A DNA stretch of 64,000 bases from Antedon mediterranea (taxonomy: Eukaryota; Animalia; Echinodermata): positions 38,180,388-38,244,387 of the forward strand of contig NC_092670.1 of assembly GCF_964355755.1 (NCBI RefSeq), written 5' to 3'. The notes under the pieces were generated by a model that was given only the letters and a program-made list of their open reading frames with translations, had not been told where the DNA came from and did not search any database. The position numbers were made by a program, and so were the translations under genes. Position 1 is the first letter of the stretch; every line of letters starts with the position of its first letter. Positions 12,838-23,293 of this stretch are shown one piece after another.

Positions 12838-14553
12838 TTAACAAATGCAAAATATGGGTAGAGGCTCTTTGGAAGAAGCTGGGCCTCTCGAATCATCCAA
12901 CTTAGAGCAATCTTCTGCTATAGTTTCAGAAGCTGCAGTCGTCGTACGAGGCGACGGTAATTGCGAAGAAGATATTTCCTTGCCTGTTATATTTGGAGTT
13001 TCTTTGATTGACGAGATTGTACGTTTGCTTGAGTTTACCATTTGTGGTTGAAGAGGAATTTCCTTATTTTTTTCTTTACAACATCCACATTTTCTAAACA
13101 TGTGTTTAATCGCTTTTCTAAAGTCTTCAGTTCTCAAAGAGTAAATGACAGGATTGACTCCACTATTCGCGTAGCCTAGAATCCCGAACCACACGCGTAT
13201 AGATGGCGTTACACCACATTGGTTTGGACACAAACACTCCAGGAGCATAATGATCATAAACGGTAACCAGCAGACGACGAACGCCAGAACAACAATGGAG
13301 ATCGTAACAGATGTTCTTTTTTCTCGAGTCATAGACGAACTATTCCTTCGTAGAAGGCGGGAAAGTCTATTAGCTGATAAACTTTTCTTTGGCGCCATCA
13401 TTTTCCTTTTTCTTTCAATATCCGAATTCGTATTCTCCGCCTGAGAAGAAGGTTTAACCTCATTGATGCTGAGGCTTCGTTTGAGTTTACTACCTTTTCG
13501 ACGTGATCCAGTACTACTTTTTGTACTCGATCCGCGATCACCCTTTTGCCGCGACTCATTATCCACTGTTGTCAAACCACCTGTATATGTTTCATTACAA
13601 AACGTCTGGTTACTTAAATTACTTGACTTTCTTTCAAACCTCTTTTCGGGCGAATCTTCCTTTTCGTTGCTAATCGACTTACGCGCGCTGTCAACCGGCG
13701 GACAACTATCATTGTTTTCAATTGAATATTTTGTCTTTGGTTGCCCCTCAATTGTAGGCTTACTTGGTCTGTGTTTTCCAATAGCCTCATCGAACATTTG
13801 TTGTCTTTGATCTCGCATACGAGAATGATTAACAGCAATTTTAAATATCTTGCTGTACAGAATGAGAATTACTACTATAGGTAAAAGCAGTCCAATATTT
13901 GCAAAACCTATGATGTACAAATCTGTGATGATTGTATCCCATGTGCACAGAAACAGTTCACCGGTGTCGCCCCAGTAGTACGCCTCCTCGTGCCAATACA
14001 GCGGCGTAGTCCCTACTAAAATGGCGCCAGACCACGCACACGCGATAATGGCGTTACTCCTTGATGATGTCATCAGTAGAGGATATTTCAGCGGATTTGT
14101 AATTGCCACGTAACGATCAAACGACAATGCCATCAGGTTAAATATCGACGCACAGCAGAGCGTTATCATAAGACAAAATGGCATAACACAAATCTGAACT
14201 GACCGGAAGAAGAAATCTGGAAAGTATTTCGACACAAGTCCGATCGGTATGACCAATCCAACAAGAAGGTCACTAATAGCAAGACTTAGAAGATAACGGT
14301 TTGTTTTCGTTCGACGCAATGACTGGTAACCAATAATTGAAACAATCACAAGAATGTTTCCAAAGACAATGAATATTTCCAGAACTGCTTCAATTCCAAC
14401 GGCAATGTGTAAATCCACCCCTTCTAGTGTTCCAAGACCAACGCCCAGGTCGACAGGAATGGCAGGCTTCATTGGTATTACCGGGACCTCTCCCATTGAT
14501 GTTGTGGTGTCGTTCATATCGTCCGAAGTCGCGTTAATTACCGTTGTAGCCAT
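12838..14553 (-). CDS. Class A GPCR (adenosine-receptor-like orphan), 571 aa, intronless ORF, long ICL3
   Basis: TM motifs GNILV, SLAISDLL, SFDRY, CWLPF and NSGVNPVIY, with C-terminal CGCC palmitoylation-type cysteines. Confidence 0.95.
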   Translation of the reverse strand: MATTVINATSDDMNDTTTSMGEVPVIPMKPAIPVDLGVGLGTLEGVDLHIAVGIEAVLEIFIVFGNILVIVSIIGYQSLRRTKTNRYLLSLAISDLLVGLVIPIGLVSKYFPDFFFRSVQICVMPFCLMITLCCASIFNLMALSFDRYVAITNPLKYPLLMTSSRSNAIIACAWSGAILVGTTPLYWHEEAYYWGDTGELFLCTWDTIITDLYIIGFANIGLLLPIVVILILYSKIFKIAVNHSRMRDQRQQMFDEAIGKHRPSKPTIEGQPKTKYSIENNDSCPPVDSARKSISNEKEDSPEKRFERKSSNLSNQTFCNETYTGGLTTVDNESRQKGDRGSSTKSSTGSRRKGSKLKRSLSINEVKPSSQAENTNSDIERKRKMMAPKKSLSANRLSRLLRRNSSSMTREKRTSVTISIVVLAFVVCWLPFMIIMLLECLCPNQCGVTPSIRVWFGILGYANSGVNPVIYSLRTEDFRKAIKHMFRKCGCCKEKNKEIPLQPQMVNSSKRTISSIKETPNITGKEISSSQLPSPRTTTAASETIAEDCSKLDDSRGPASSKEPLPIFCIC

Positions 14554-14586
14554 TGTTAATGTCGATCAATTCCTACGACCGTATCT

Positions 14587-15352
14587 CTAGAAAGACAGAG
14601 AGGGAAGTAAGCAACTAAAAAACAAACATAATAGACCTACTTGTCTGACAAAGTTTGTCTAATCTCGTGTTTAACAGAGTAAATATAGCCTCAATATGTG
14701 CCTTATCAATTCAAATTATCAATGTAACTCCCACTGATCGATTTTTATAAATAGCAGCAATGTTTCAATCTACGGGGTCCAAAATATCTCAAATTTACAA
14801 TTTTTAAAAAACAGTAAAGGCCTAACTTCCAAAGTTTTAATGACAGACTATGGGAAATGTAAAAACAAAATGACAGGGAATTCGAAGTTATGAACATGAA
14901 AAAACAATGTTCAAATTTTCAAATGAAAAATATAAATCAACTATCAACTTAACTATTATTAGTTAAAATGTAATAATAAAGTGTGATGTCCAAGGTGATA
15001 CGCACAAAGTGTATTTGTCGTTAAATGAAAATCATAAAAAAATTCGATGCAAATCTAACATTAGTTTGATTTTATTACAAATAATAACTTATATAAATAA
15101 TGAGTCACTATTGAAACTGATGAACATGTCACGAGAAAAAGGATTACATAAGTTTTAACCGACGGAAAAACTAACTTAATGTTATAATCAAAAAAATGAA
15201 TAACTTAAACAACAAAATGGAAAAAGTTTGAGGCCTACCTTTATCGAAGATATTATACAAAGCGTTCACCAATACTGTAGCAAATGAAATAAAAATGCGG
15301 ACAGCAGCGGATAAAAGGAAATAGAGAACTGCGCGTAAAAGCTGTTTTATAG
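14587..15352 (-). promoter_or_regulatory. TATA box, non-coding first exon and 5'UTR intron of GPCR1
   Basis: Minus strand has TATAAAA at ~15345-15351, donor aag|gtaggc at 15238, and acceptor ccctctctgtctttctag at 14587, just upstream of the ATG at 14553. Confidence 0.55.
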
Positions 15353-15827
15353 ACTTGATAGATATATGAACTTTGTACCGTCATTACTTGCAAACTATTA
15401 CAATAGTTGACACTAAATAAACCAAAAACACCTGAACAATGTAACACAACAATATTGTGAAATTGGTTTGTTGACGAATATGCTTGAGCATATTAGTCAA
15501 TGTTGACCGGGAGATCTTAAAACTCCTTAACAGCTGTACTATAAATGTTTCCAAGTAAATGTATCTTTAAATTGACATACGTCATTTACAAGTACAAGTG
15601 TTTATTCGATGTTTAAATATTAGTGTAAATAATGAGTGTTACGCCAATTGCAGCTTGTCATACACATTAGTTACTACGACAAATAGGAACATTGCTATAA
15701 TACCTTTACAGATATCAAATGTTTTTCCTATTATTTCAATTAAAGTTATAAAGTTGTTGATAATCCCTTTTTAAGCATATCTACTTGAAGTCTTACATAA
15801 TGTTTGGATTTGCGATAGAAGATATCC

Positions 15828-16460
15828 CGCGTCAGATAAGATTTGAACACACAGAATACTGTGTAACCAAAAGGATTTTAACAGAATCTTGGCTTCCGAC
15901 AGGACTTGAACACGAAGAATACTGGTATTCGAAAAGATTTGAACAAATACAATCTTTACGTCCGACAGAAAATGAACACACAGAACCATGGCGTCCGACA
16001 GGACTTGAACACGAAGAATACTGGTATTCGAAAAGATTTGAACAAATACAATTTTGACGTCCGAAAGAAATTGAACACACAGAATCATGGCGTCCGACAG
16101 GACTTGAACACGAAGAATACTGGTATTCGAACAGATTTGAACAAATACCATCTTGACGTCCGACAGAAATTGAACCCACAGAATCATGGCGTCCGACAGG
16201 ACTTGAACATGAAGAATACTGGTATTTGAAAATATTTGAACATATGCAATCTTGACGTCCGACAAAAATTGAACACACAGAATCATGACGTCCGACATGA
16301 ATTGAACACGTAGCATCCTGGCGTTCGACAGGAATTGAACACACAACAATGGCGTCACAGGAATTGAACACACCGTTAATTCTGACGTCCGACGGGAATT
16401 GAACACTCAGAATCATCGCGTCCGACGGAACACATCAGCATCTTAACCACCGAGCTACAA
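15828..16460 (-). repeat. tRNA-like head followed by a 33-bp minisatellite with 99-bp higher-order repeat
   Basis: Plus-strand tggcgtccgacaggacttgaac (one copy tggctt...) at 15890, 15989, 16088 and 16187, an exact 99-bp period made of three 33-bp subunits. Minus strand has A-box TAGCTCGGTGG (16447-16457) and B-box GTTCAATTCCC (16394-16404). Confidence 0.85.
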
Positions 16461-16565
16461 ATCAGTACTTCAAAAACACACTTTATTTAAACTTAAATGT
16501 CTACCAATTTTTATTCAGAACAGCATATATTATTTACAAATATCTTGTGTCGGTCTGTCTGTAGA

Positions 16566-17948
16566 TCACGACTTCATTGATGCACCGACAGCGCGACGTC
16601 TACTTGTTCTATCCATCTGTGATGACCCCTCACAGCAGCTAACACGTAATAACAAACCTTTGAAGGTTTTTCGAAACTCATCGGTCCTGAATGTGTATAT
16701 AACGGGATTCGCACCACTGTTGGCGTAGCATAATAAACCAGTCCACACATGCACAGACGAAGGTATATTGCATTCTTCAGTGCATAAGATTTCAAGAAGA
16801 ATAACAACAAGAAACGGCAACCAACATATGAGAAAGACGAGTACCACCAATAAGATGGTAAACGTTGTTCTTTTTTCTCGACGGCTTCTTCTGGATCTCG
16901 ACAACTTGGAACAGTTTCTTCTGCCAAATACAGAGCAGGGAGGAGTAACACTAGGGCTGCTAGAGGTTTTTGTTCTTCTTACACTATCAGGGTTATTAAA
17001 CATATCTTTGCGTGGTTCATGTTCTGTTGTCTTATTCGCAAACTTATTTCTTAATATCTGGAAACAACTCGAACTTTGATTTGTGTACAAAGCTGATGAA
17101 ACATCGGTTGTAGACTGGCCTTCTTTGGTTGCTGCATGGCAAATCGTGTTAGGTTTGTTAGAAATGCCATTGGTTGTACTTTGTCGATGCTTTAAGACAA
17201 TATCTTCAAACAGCTGCTGTCGTTTATCGCGCTGTCGTGAATGACTAACAGCAACCTTATATATTTGTCTGTAAAGTAGGAGAATAATTATCGTAGGTAT
17301 TATAAGTCCAACAAATGCGAATGCTATGATGTACATGTCTTTAATGACTTTATCCCATTTACAAACAAAGTTTCCAATCAAACCTGGTTCTTCGTGCCAA
17401 TATAACGGAGTAGTTCCAATGATAACGGCGCACACCCATGCCAACGTAATGATGACGTTACTTCTGGACGGCGTCAGCAAGTGGTACTTCAATGGCTGCG
17501 TAATGGATAGGTAGCGATCGAAAGACAAACACGTTAGGTTGAATATGGACGAAGAAAAAAAGGTTACCATCACACAAAAAGGTGTTACACAAACCTTAAC
17601 CGATACGATGAAAGAATCTGAGAACTGACTGGTTGCAATCCCAACTATAGGGATAGCTAATCCGCACAGAAGATCACTAACAGCTAGGCTCAAGATGTAC
17701 CGATTTGATTTGGTTCGGCGCATTGACTTCTGGCAGACGATGGAAGCTATGACTATCAAGTTGCCGACAACGATGAATACTTCTAAAATGGCTTCCACTC
17801 CATAAGCGAAATAATACTGAAAGCCTTTCATAGCACCGACACCAGTACCGATGTCTATGGGAATCGGTACGGTATTAGAATCCATCGGAGTGGATAACTG
17901 AGAAGAACTATTGCTTCCGTTTGAACTATAAATAAACATCTTGGACAT
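16566..17948 (-). CDS. Class A GPCR, tandem paralog of 12838-14553, 460 aa, intronless ORF
   Basis: GNLIV, SLAVSDLL, SFDRY, TTPLYWHEE (shared with the paralog), CWLPF, NSGANPVIY. Acceptor tttcctgcag at ~17971 just upstream of the ATG. Confidence 0.95.
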   Translation of the reverse strand: MSKMFIYSSNGSNSSSQLSTPMDSNTVPIPIDIGTGVGAMKGFQYYFAYGVEAILEVFIVVGNLIVIASIVCQKSMRRTKSNRYILSLAVSDLLCGLAIPIVGIATSQFSDSFIVSVKVCVTPFCVMVTFFSSSIFNLTCLSFDRYLSITQPLKYHLLTPSRSNVIITLAWVCAVIIGTTPLYWHEEPGLIGNFVCKWDKVIKDMYIIAFAFVGLIIPTIIILLLYRQIYKVAVSHSRQRDKRQQLFEDIVLKHRQSTTNGISNKPNTICHAATKEGQSTTDVSSALYTNQSSSCFQILRNKFANKTTEHEPRKDMFNNPDSVRRTKTSSSPSVTPPCSVFGRRNCSKLSRSRRSRREKRTTFTILLVVLVFLICWLPFLVVILLEILCTEECNIPSSVHVWTGLLCYANSGANPVIYTFRTDEFRKTFKGLLLRVSCCEGSSQMDRTSRRRAVGASMKS

Positions 17949-18486
17949 ATATTCAAAACGGCTTTAAACTCTGCAGGAAATACTAAAAAAATCAATATTC
18001 AATATTATATAGGTGTGCCACATTCCGAGAGAGGAGCGATGACGAGGTTACGAACAAGATGGCTGAGATGGGTTGAGCTAAGAAGAAACGAAAAGTTGCA
18101 TCCAATACCGCATGGTGTTGAATACAGATACATGGTGGATAACACTCATGTCTGGCTCATTTAACAAGCCAAACAAGATTCTGTTCCTTCTTAATAATTA
18201 CATTTTCCTCCCAATCAATTTAGGGCTGAACTTCAACGTGTCTGCTAATTGTAGCAACCATTAATCAAGCATCTAATTAACAAAGAGTATTAATATGGAC
18301 ATTCGTTAGCGATGAATTTATCACTATGCTTAGTTTAAGAGTGTTTGTCTTAAATTCTGTCTTGAAGACTAATACATCTTACGAAAATCTATTTTGTAAT
18401 AACTGGGCTGCATTCAGAAGAACATTAACTTGCTAATTTGTCTGTTAATTAAAATATTTTAAATAAGTAAATTGTTCGCATGTAAA

Positions 18487-18904
18487 GTGAAAATGGGATT
18501 GTCGATGATGACGATGCAGTAATAAATCCGTTACTACTGATCGCTATAGATTCTATATCTCCAGTTGACTGAACTGTAATGTCATAATACGTTTATTATT
18601 CTCACAACCGGCAGCCGTTCAGATTGCTTTTAGGAGAGATTGGTTACGTCAACAATACAGATATGGATAGACGCTGGCCGTATGTATAGTGAAATTGGGA
18701 TCGTCGATGATGACAATGCAGTAATAACCCCGTTACTACTGACCGCTAACGATTCTATATCTCCATTTGACTGTAATGTCACAATACGTTCATTACGTTT
18801 ATTATTCTCACAACCGGCGGCCGTTCAGATTGCTCTTAGTAGAGAGCAAGTCTATAATTGGGTTACGTCAACAATACAGATATGGATAGACGCTGGCCGT
18901 ATGT
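18487..18904. repeat. Head-to-tail duplication of a ~200-215-bp unit
   Basis: gtgaaa(a/t)tgggat(t/c)gtcgatgatgac...cagatatggatagacgctggccgtatgt occurs twice (~18487-18685 and ~18689-18904) with small indels. Confidence 0.85.
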
Positions 18905-19528
18905 CATTACTAAGGGTTAAATAAACTTTGTTAGGTGCATACTGTGTTAGGCAAACTGTCAAACATGTTGAACAAATACGAGCCTACGAGATGTCTGTAT
19001 TTACATCATACTGCGATTAGAAAACAATTGACTGCAGTTGAAGTTGGAAGTATATAATTCAATAAATATGTCGCCCCCTGGAAATTCATTGTGATTGACC
19101 GTTTTATCAATCTAACAAATAGCCTAAAAAACACAAATGAAAAAAAATCATAGATAACAAATTTGATGAACTGTGCGCTAACGGTAAAAAACAAAACACA
19201 AGGCTGTTGAGGGTGCCATGTTTGCACGGATGAGGTTCATTGCACATTTGAAGGAAAATTTTTTGCACAAATGTGACTTCTTGCACATTTCACGGCTCCA
19301 ATTGTTGATTGTTAAAGAATTTACAATACATTATTTGTTAGTGGCCCAGCCAGTATAATTATTATTACATAATTAATGCTTATGACTTGGCTAAGAATAA
19401 ACGTTTCATTTAACGACTTAAATGGAACAGTCACTCTTTTAACGAATGACAATATTCTCTCCATTCAATACAAATATGTACAACACTAAAAATTAGCAGC
19501 GGCTTTCTTGAATCGGATGTCACAGGCT

Positions 19529-21310
19529 AAGCTTTTATCTGTCTACACTATCAATCTAATTTGACAAGTGTGATGTGCCCAAATATGGTAGTGATATGCC
19601 CAAATATTGATATGACATCATCATGTACCCATATATGGGCACATCATTTTTTTAGTCACATAAGGTTTGATGCAGTAGTGTAGACATAGCTTTAAATTTT
19701 TGACGTGGGCAGCAAAGCTGCATTTATCGGCCTGTCGTGTGACACAAAGCGACATTTGAATAATTATCATCGGATATCGATATGAAAGCCAATCAAACGA
19801 ACTTCATAACTTTTTTACTGAAATATGAATAAAGACAAAAGAAATTAGTTGACAATAAATAATTCACACAACATCATCATAAAATTGAGATAACAGGTTT
19901 TATACAAGGGTACAGTACTATATAATACAAATATATTAGGCTTAATTTAGACGTTTAGAAATTCGATAAAAAATAACTAAAATATTGTTGAACTACTAAT
20001 ACTTTACACTGGGACCTAACATAACGTTAAAAAACGTGTTAATTAAATATTATTAAACTTTTTTAATGATTAATAACTAGTAACTATTAGCAATAAATTA
20101 TAGCTTTCAAAATATTTACGTTACAAGTATTAAATAAAAAGAGGGGGAACAGAACAGGGTTTGCAGGGAATCCTGTATTAACTGATATCACCAAAGTACA
20201 TTGTTTAATTAAACTGCAGATTGAGCACAGGGCGGAGATTAGGACATAAAATTTCCAAACGACGCCCCATACAGTGGGCACCAATTTATGTTTCCATTTA
20301 GTTGGTTTGGACATTAAATGTTCGAAACGGCGCCCCGTACGGTGGCCACAAATTGATATTAAATACGAATCGAACAAATGCACCTTACCTATTTTACTTG
20401 TTTAGCTATAGAAGAAATATGAGGAGCATAGTAGAACAAAAATATATCTTTATTATATTTGCAGTTTTACATATTCAATCATGGCTAAAAAACTTATTTT
20501 ATTTAATTTCTTCAGTGGATTCACATAAAAGGCAAGAGGTTTTTTCATGATTGTAGATAGATATCTAAATAAAATCAGAAATTACTTGCATACCCATACC
20601 GACACAATATTGGGAGTTCTACAGGGATAATAATTAGTGAACAAAATGTAGAGGATATCTTAAAGTCAGTTTGTGGGTAATCGTGCTTTGTGTCAGACAA
20701 GTATTTTTGGAGATAAAAAATCCTCTCAAAAAGATTCTATTAGCAATTACCGTGGCATAATGGCTTTTACAATTCAATGTCTTTTCTATAAATTGAATGA
20801 ATATATCCTGTTTTGGGATAGGATTACGACAAAACTATATTTTGATACGAAAGATATAGACTGGTATCAACCAACCCCGGTCTTTACAGTTAAAATATTA
20901 GCACTCTGGCAAAGACCACATGTGAACTATTAATTAAAATTGTATGAAAATTTTTATTAGGGGAATGGACACTGAAATGTCAGAAAATATTTAGCAATTA
21001 CAACCTAAACATTTTGTAACAAATTGACAACAGGACAAGATTGGTACTGTCTCTTCTATAAACTTGTCCCAACAATTGTAGAACACTTGCATCTATCTGC
21101 GGACAACCAGAAAACAACCTTCTCTCTAAATCCTGCTCTAAATTACCATTGTCCTTTAAACTAAAATCTGACTAAAACTTACACTATCAAACTAGTTTGA
21201 CAAAAAAAAAGTGTGATGTGCCCAAATATGGTAGTGATATGACATCATCATGTCCATATATGGGCACATCAAATTTTTTGTCACATAAAGTTTAATAGTG
21301 TAGGCAGCAT
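19529..21310. mobile_element. Two family-A MITE copies (~19529-19691 and ~21175-21310)
   Basis: Core tgtgatgtgcccaaatatggtagtgatatgacatcatcatgtccatatatgggcacatca and TIR remnants. Confidence 0.8.
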
Positions 21311-21567
21311 TTTAGTTGGTAAGCATATTTTGTTGCTCTCTCAAAAAAGCATCTCTTAACATGTGCTAGAATTGTGCTATTTCAGTTAGTGGGTATACAG
21401 TCTGTAAATGTAGTGTAATATGTATACATCAACCATTAATCAATCAACTTCTTGATTAGTTAAAATAAATGAAACACAGACTGAACACTACACCACAATT
21501 AGACAAACTTAGCAAGCCGACATTTTCTTGATGGTATTATTTAGCTGCTCATTCTTTCACAAAACAT

Positions 21568-22231
21568 TTGACTTGTTGAATATTAATGAGTTGATGACCA
21601 ACTTGTTGAATATTAATGAGTTGATGACCAACTTGTTGAATATTAATGAGTTGATGACCAACTTGTTGAATATTAATGAGTTGAAGACCAACTTGTTGAA
21701 TATTAATGAGTTGATGACCAACTTGTTGAATATTAATGAGTTGATGACCAACTTGTTGAATATTAATGAGTTAAGACCAACTTGTTGAATATTAATGAGT
21801 TGATGACCAACTTGTTGAATATTCACAATATGATAACCGACTTGTTGAATATTAATGAGTTGATAACCAACTTGTTGAATATTCACAATATGATAACCGA
21901 CTCGTTAAATATTAATGAGTTGATAACCAACTTGTTTAATATTAATGAGTTGATGACCAACTCGTTGAATATTAATGAGTTAAAGACCAACTTGTTGAAT
22001 ATTATTGAGTTGATGACCAACTTGTTGAATATTTTTGAGTTGATGACCAACTTGTTGAATATTATTGAGTTGACGGCCAACTTGTTGAATATTAATGAGT
22101 TAAAGACCAACTTGTTGAATATTTATGAGTTGATGACCAACTTGTTGAATATTATTGAGTTGATGACCAACTTGTTGAATATTATTGAGTTGACGGCCAA
22201 CTTGTTGAATACTAATGAGTTGATGACCAAT
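21568..22231. repeat. 30-bp minisatellite (acttgttgaatattaatgagttgatgacca), ~22 copies
   Basis: Direct tandem periodicity of 30 bp, with one 29-bp unit near 21772. Confidence 0.95.
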
Positions 22232-23293
22232 TAGAAAAAATACTCAATTGGAAGATACTATATTTTATTAATCAATTTCATTACTGTTGAGAAAAAGATG
22301 AAAAAAATGTCATCTAAAAAAAATATTAATACATTTTTATTATGGGTTCAGAAAAAATGTCTGCTTGAAGTAACCACATGACAAAACCATTTAATAGCCA
22401 TGAGTTTTTGAGGGTGACTGTTAGGGGCAAAATTCGTCACGAGATAGCTCATGAGTTAGGCCTATTTACTGTACTGCTGTGAGTTTTAAGTTTGAAACTT
22501 CAGCAAAAAAAAGTAGGGTACCGAAAGCACATATTGAATATTGGATTGGGCAATGAAAGGAGGAATGCCACATATAATACTATTTGGCTGAAGGTGTGTT
22601 TGATTTTGACAGAAATAACTTTTAAAAAGAACATTTTAGAATATTTAAATAGAAAACCTCTTACTGTAGGTGTGTCCTAAAGTGAAATAACTCAAGCATA
22701 AAAACCCTTTGAATTTGTAATGCAATAAGTGGTATGAACAGTTATCCAAACAATAAGGACCTAGACCAGGAAAGTATTTAACAGCACTACAGTATTTTTG
22801 TCTTATACACTGAATAAAAAAAGTGGAGATGATCTGGAATTGTTTAACCAGAGCTGTACCGTAAACAATGTAAAACGTTACATGGATCGTTAAACCAAAT
22901 GGGTATCTGATACAAAATACATTCAGCGCCAATTCTACCCAGGACGTACCCGTGTACGGTGTTCGCAATGTAAACCTCCGGTGTATGATTGCTATCCTCG
23001 CTCTCTATTATATTTAATATTTTTACACCAAGTTAAAGACATTTTTTAAATATAGGGCCTGAAATAATCATTTTCCATGCAACCGATGTAAACAAATTAT
23101 GTCCTCTGTTGGCTGCTTGGCAAATGCATGAATAACAAAGTATATTTATATTTGCATATAAAATTACATTTCTAAATAAATGCATATAGATATTTTTCGA
23201 GACTGCCCAAGCTCTTAAGGTGTTGTTTTGGAATTGAAAGGCGGGGAAATTAAGAAAAGATTCTTACCAAACCAAAGGTCAGCATGCCAAAGG

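Noticed and set aside
12845-14590. Short ORFs overlapping GPCR1 (likewise GPCR2, the TRIM exon 3 antisense ORF and the aGPCR last exon)
   Set aside because: Alternative-frame or antisense by-products with no recognisable motifs.
15771-16416. Four overlapping ORFs or a CRISPR-like array in the 33-bp repeat
   Set aside because: The period is a multiple of 3 and stop-poor, so ORFs arise trivially. There are no unique spacers or cas genes, and the context is eukaryotic.
16380-16465. Functional tRNA gene
   Set aside because: A- and B-boxes are present, but I could not form a convincing anticodon arm or full acceptor stem, so it is treated as tRNA-derived.
21528-22234. LLNINELMTN repeat protein (LRR-like)
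   Set aside because: It is a translation of a 30-bp minisatellite with a frameshifting unit and no splice or start context.
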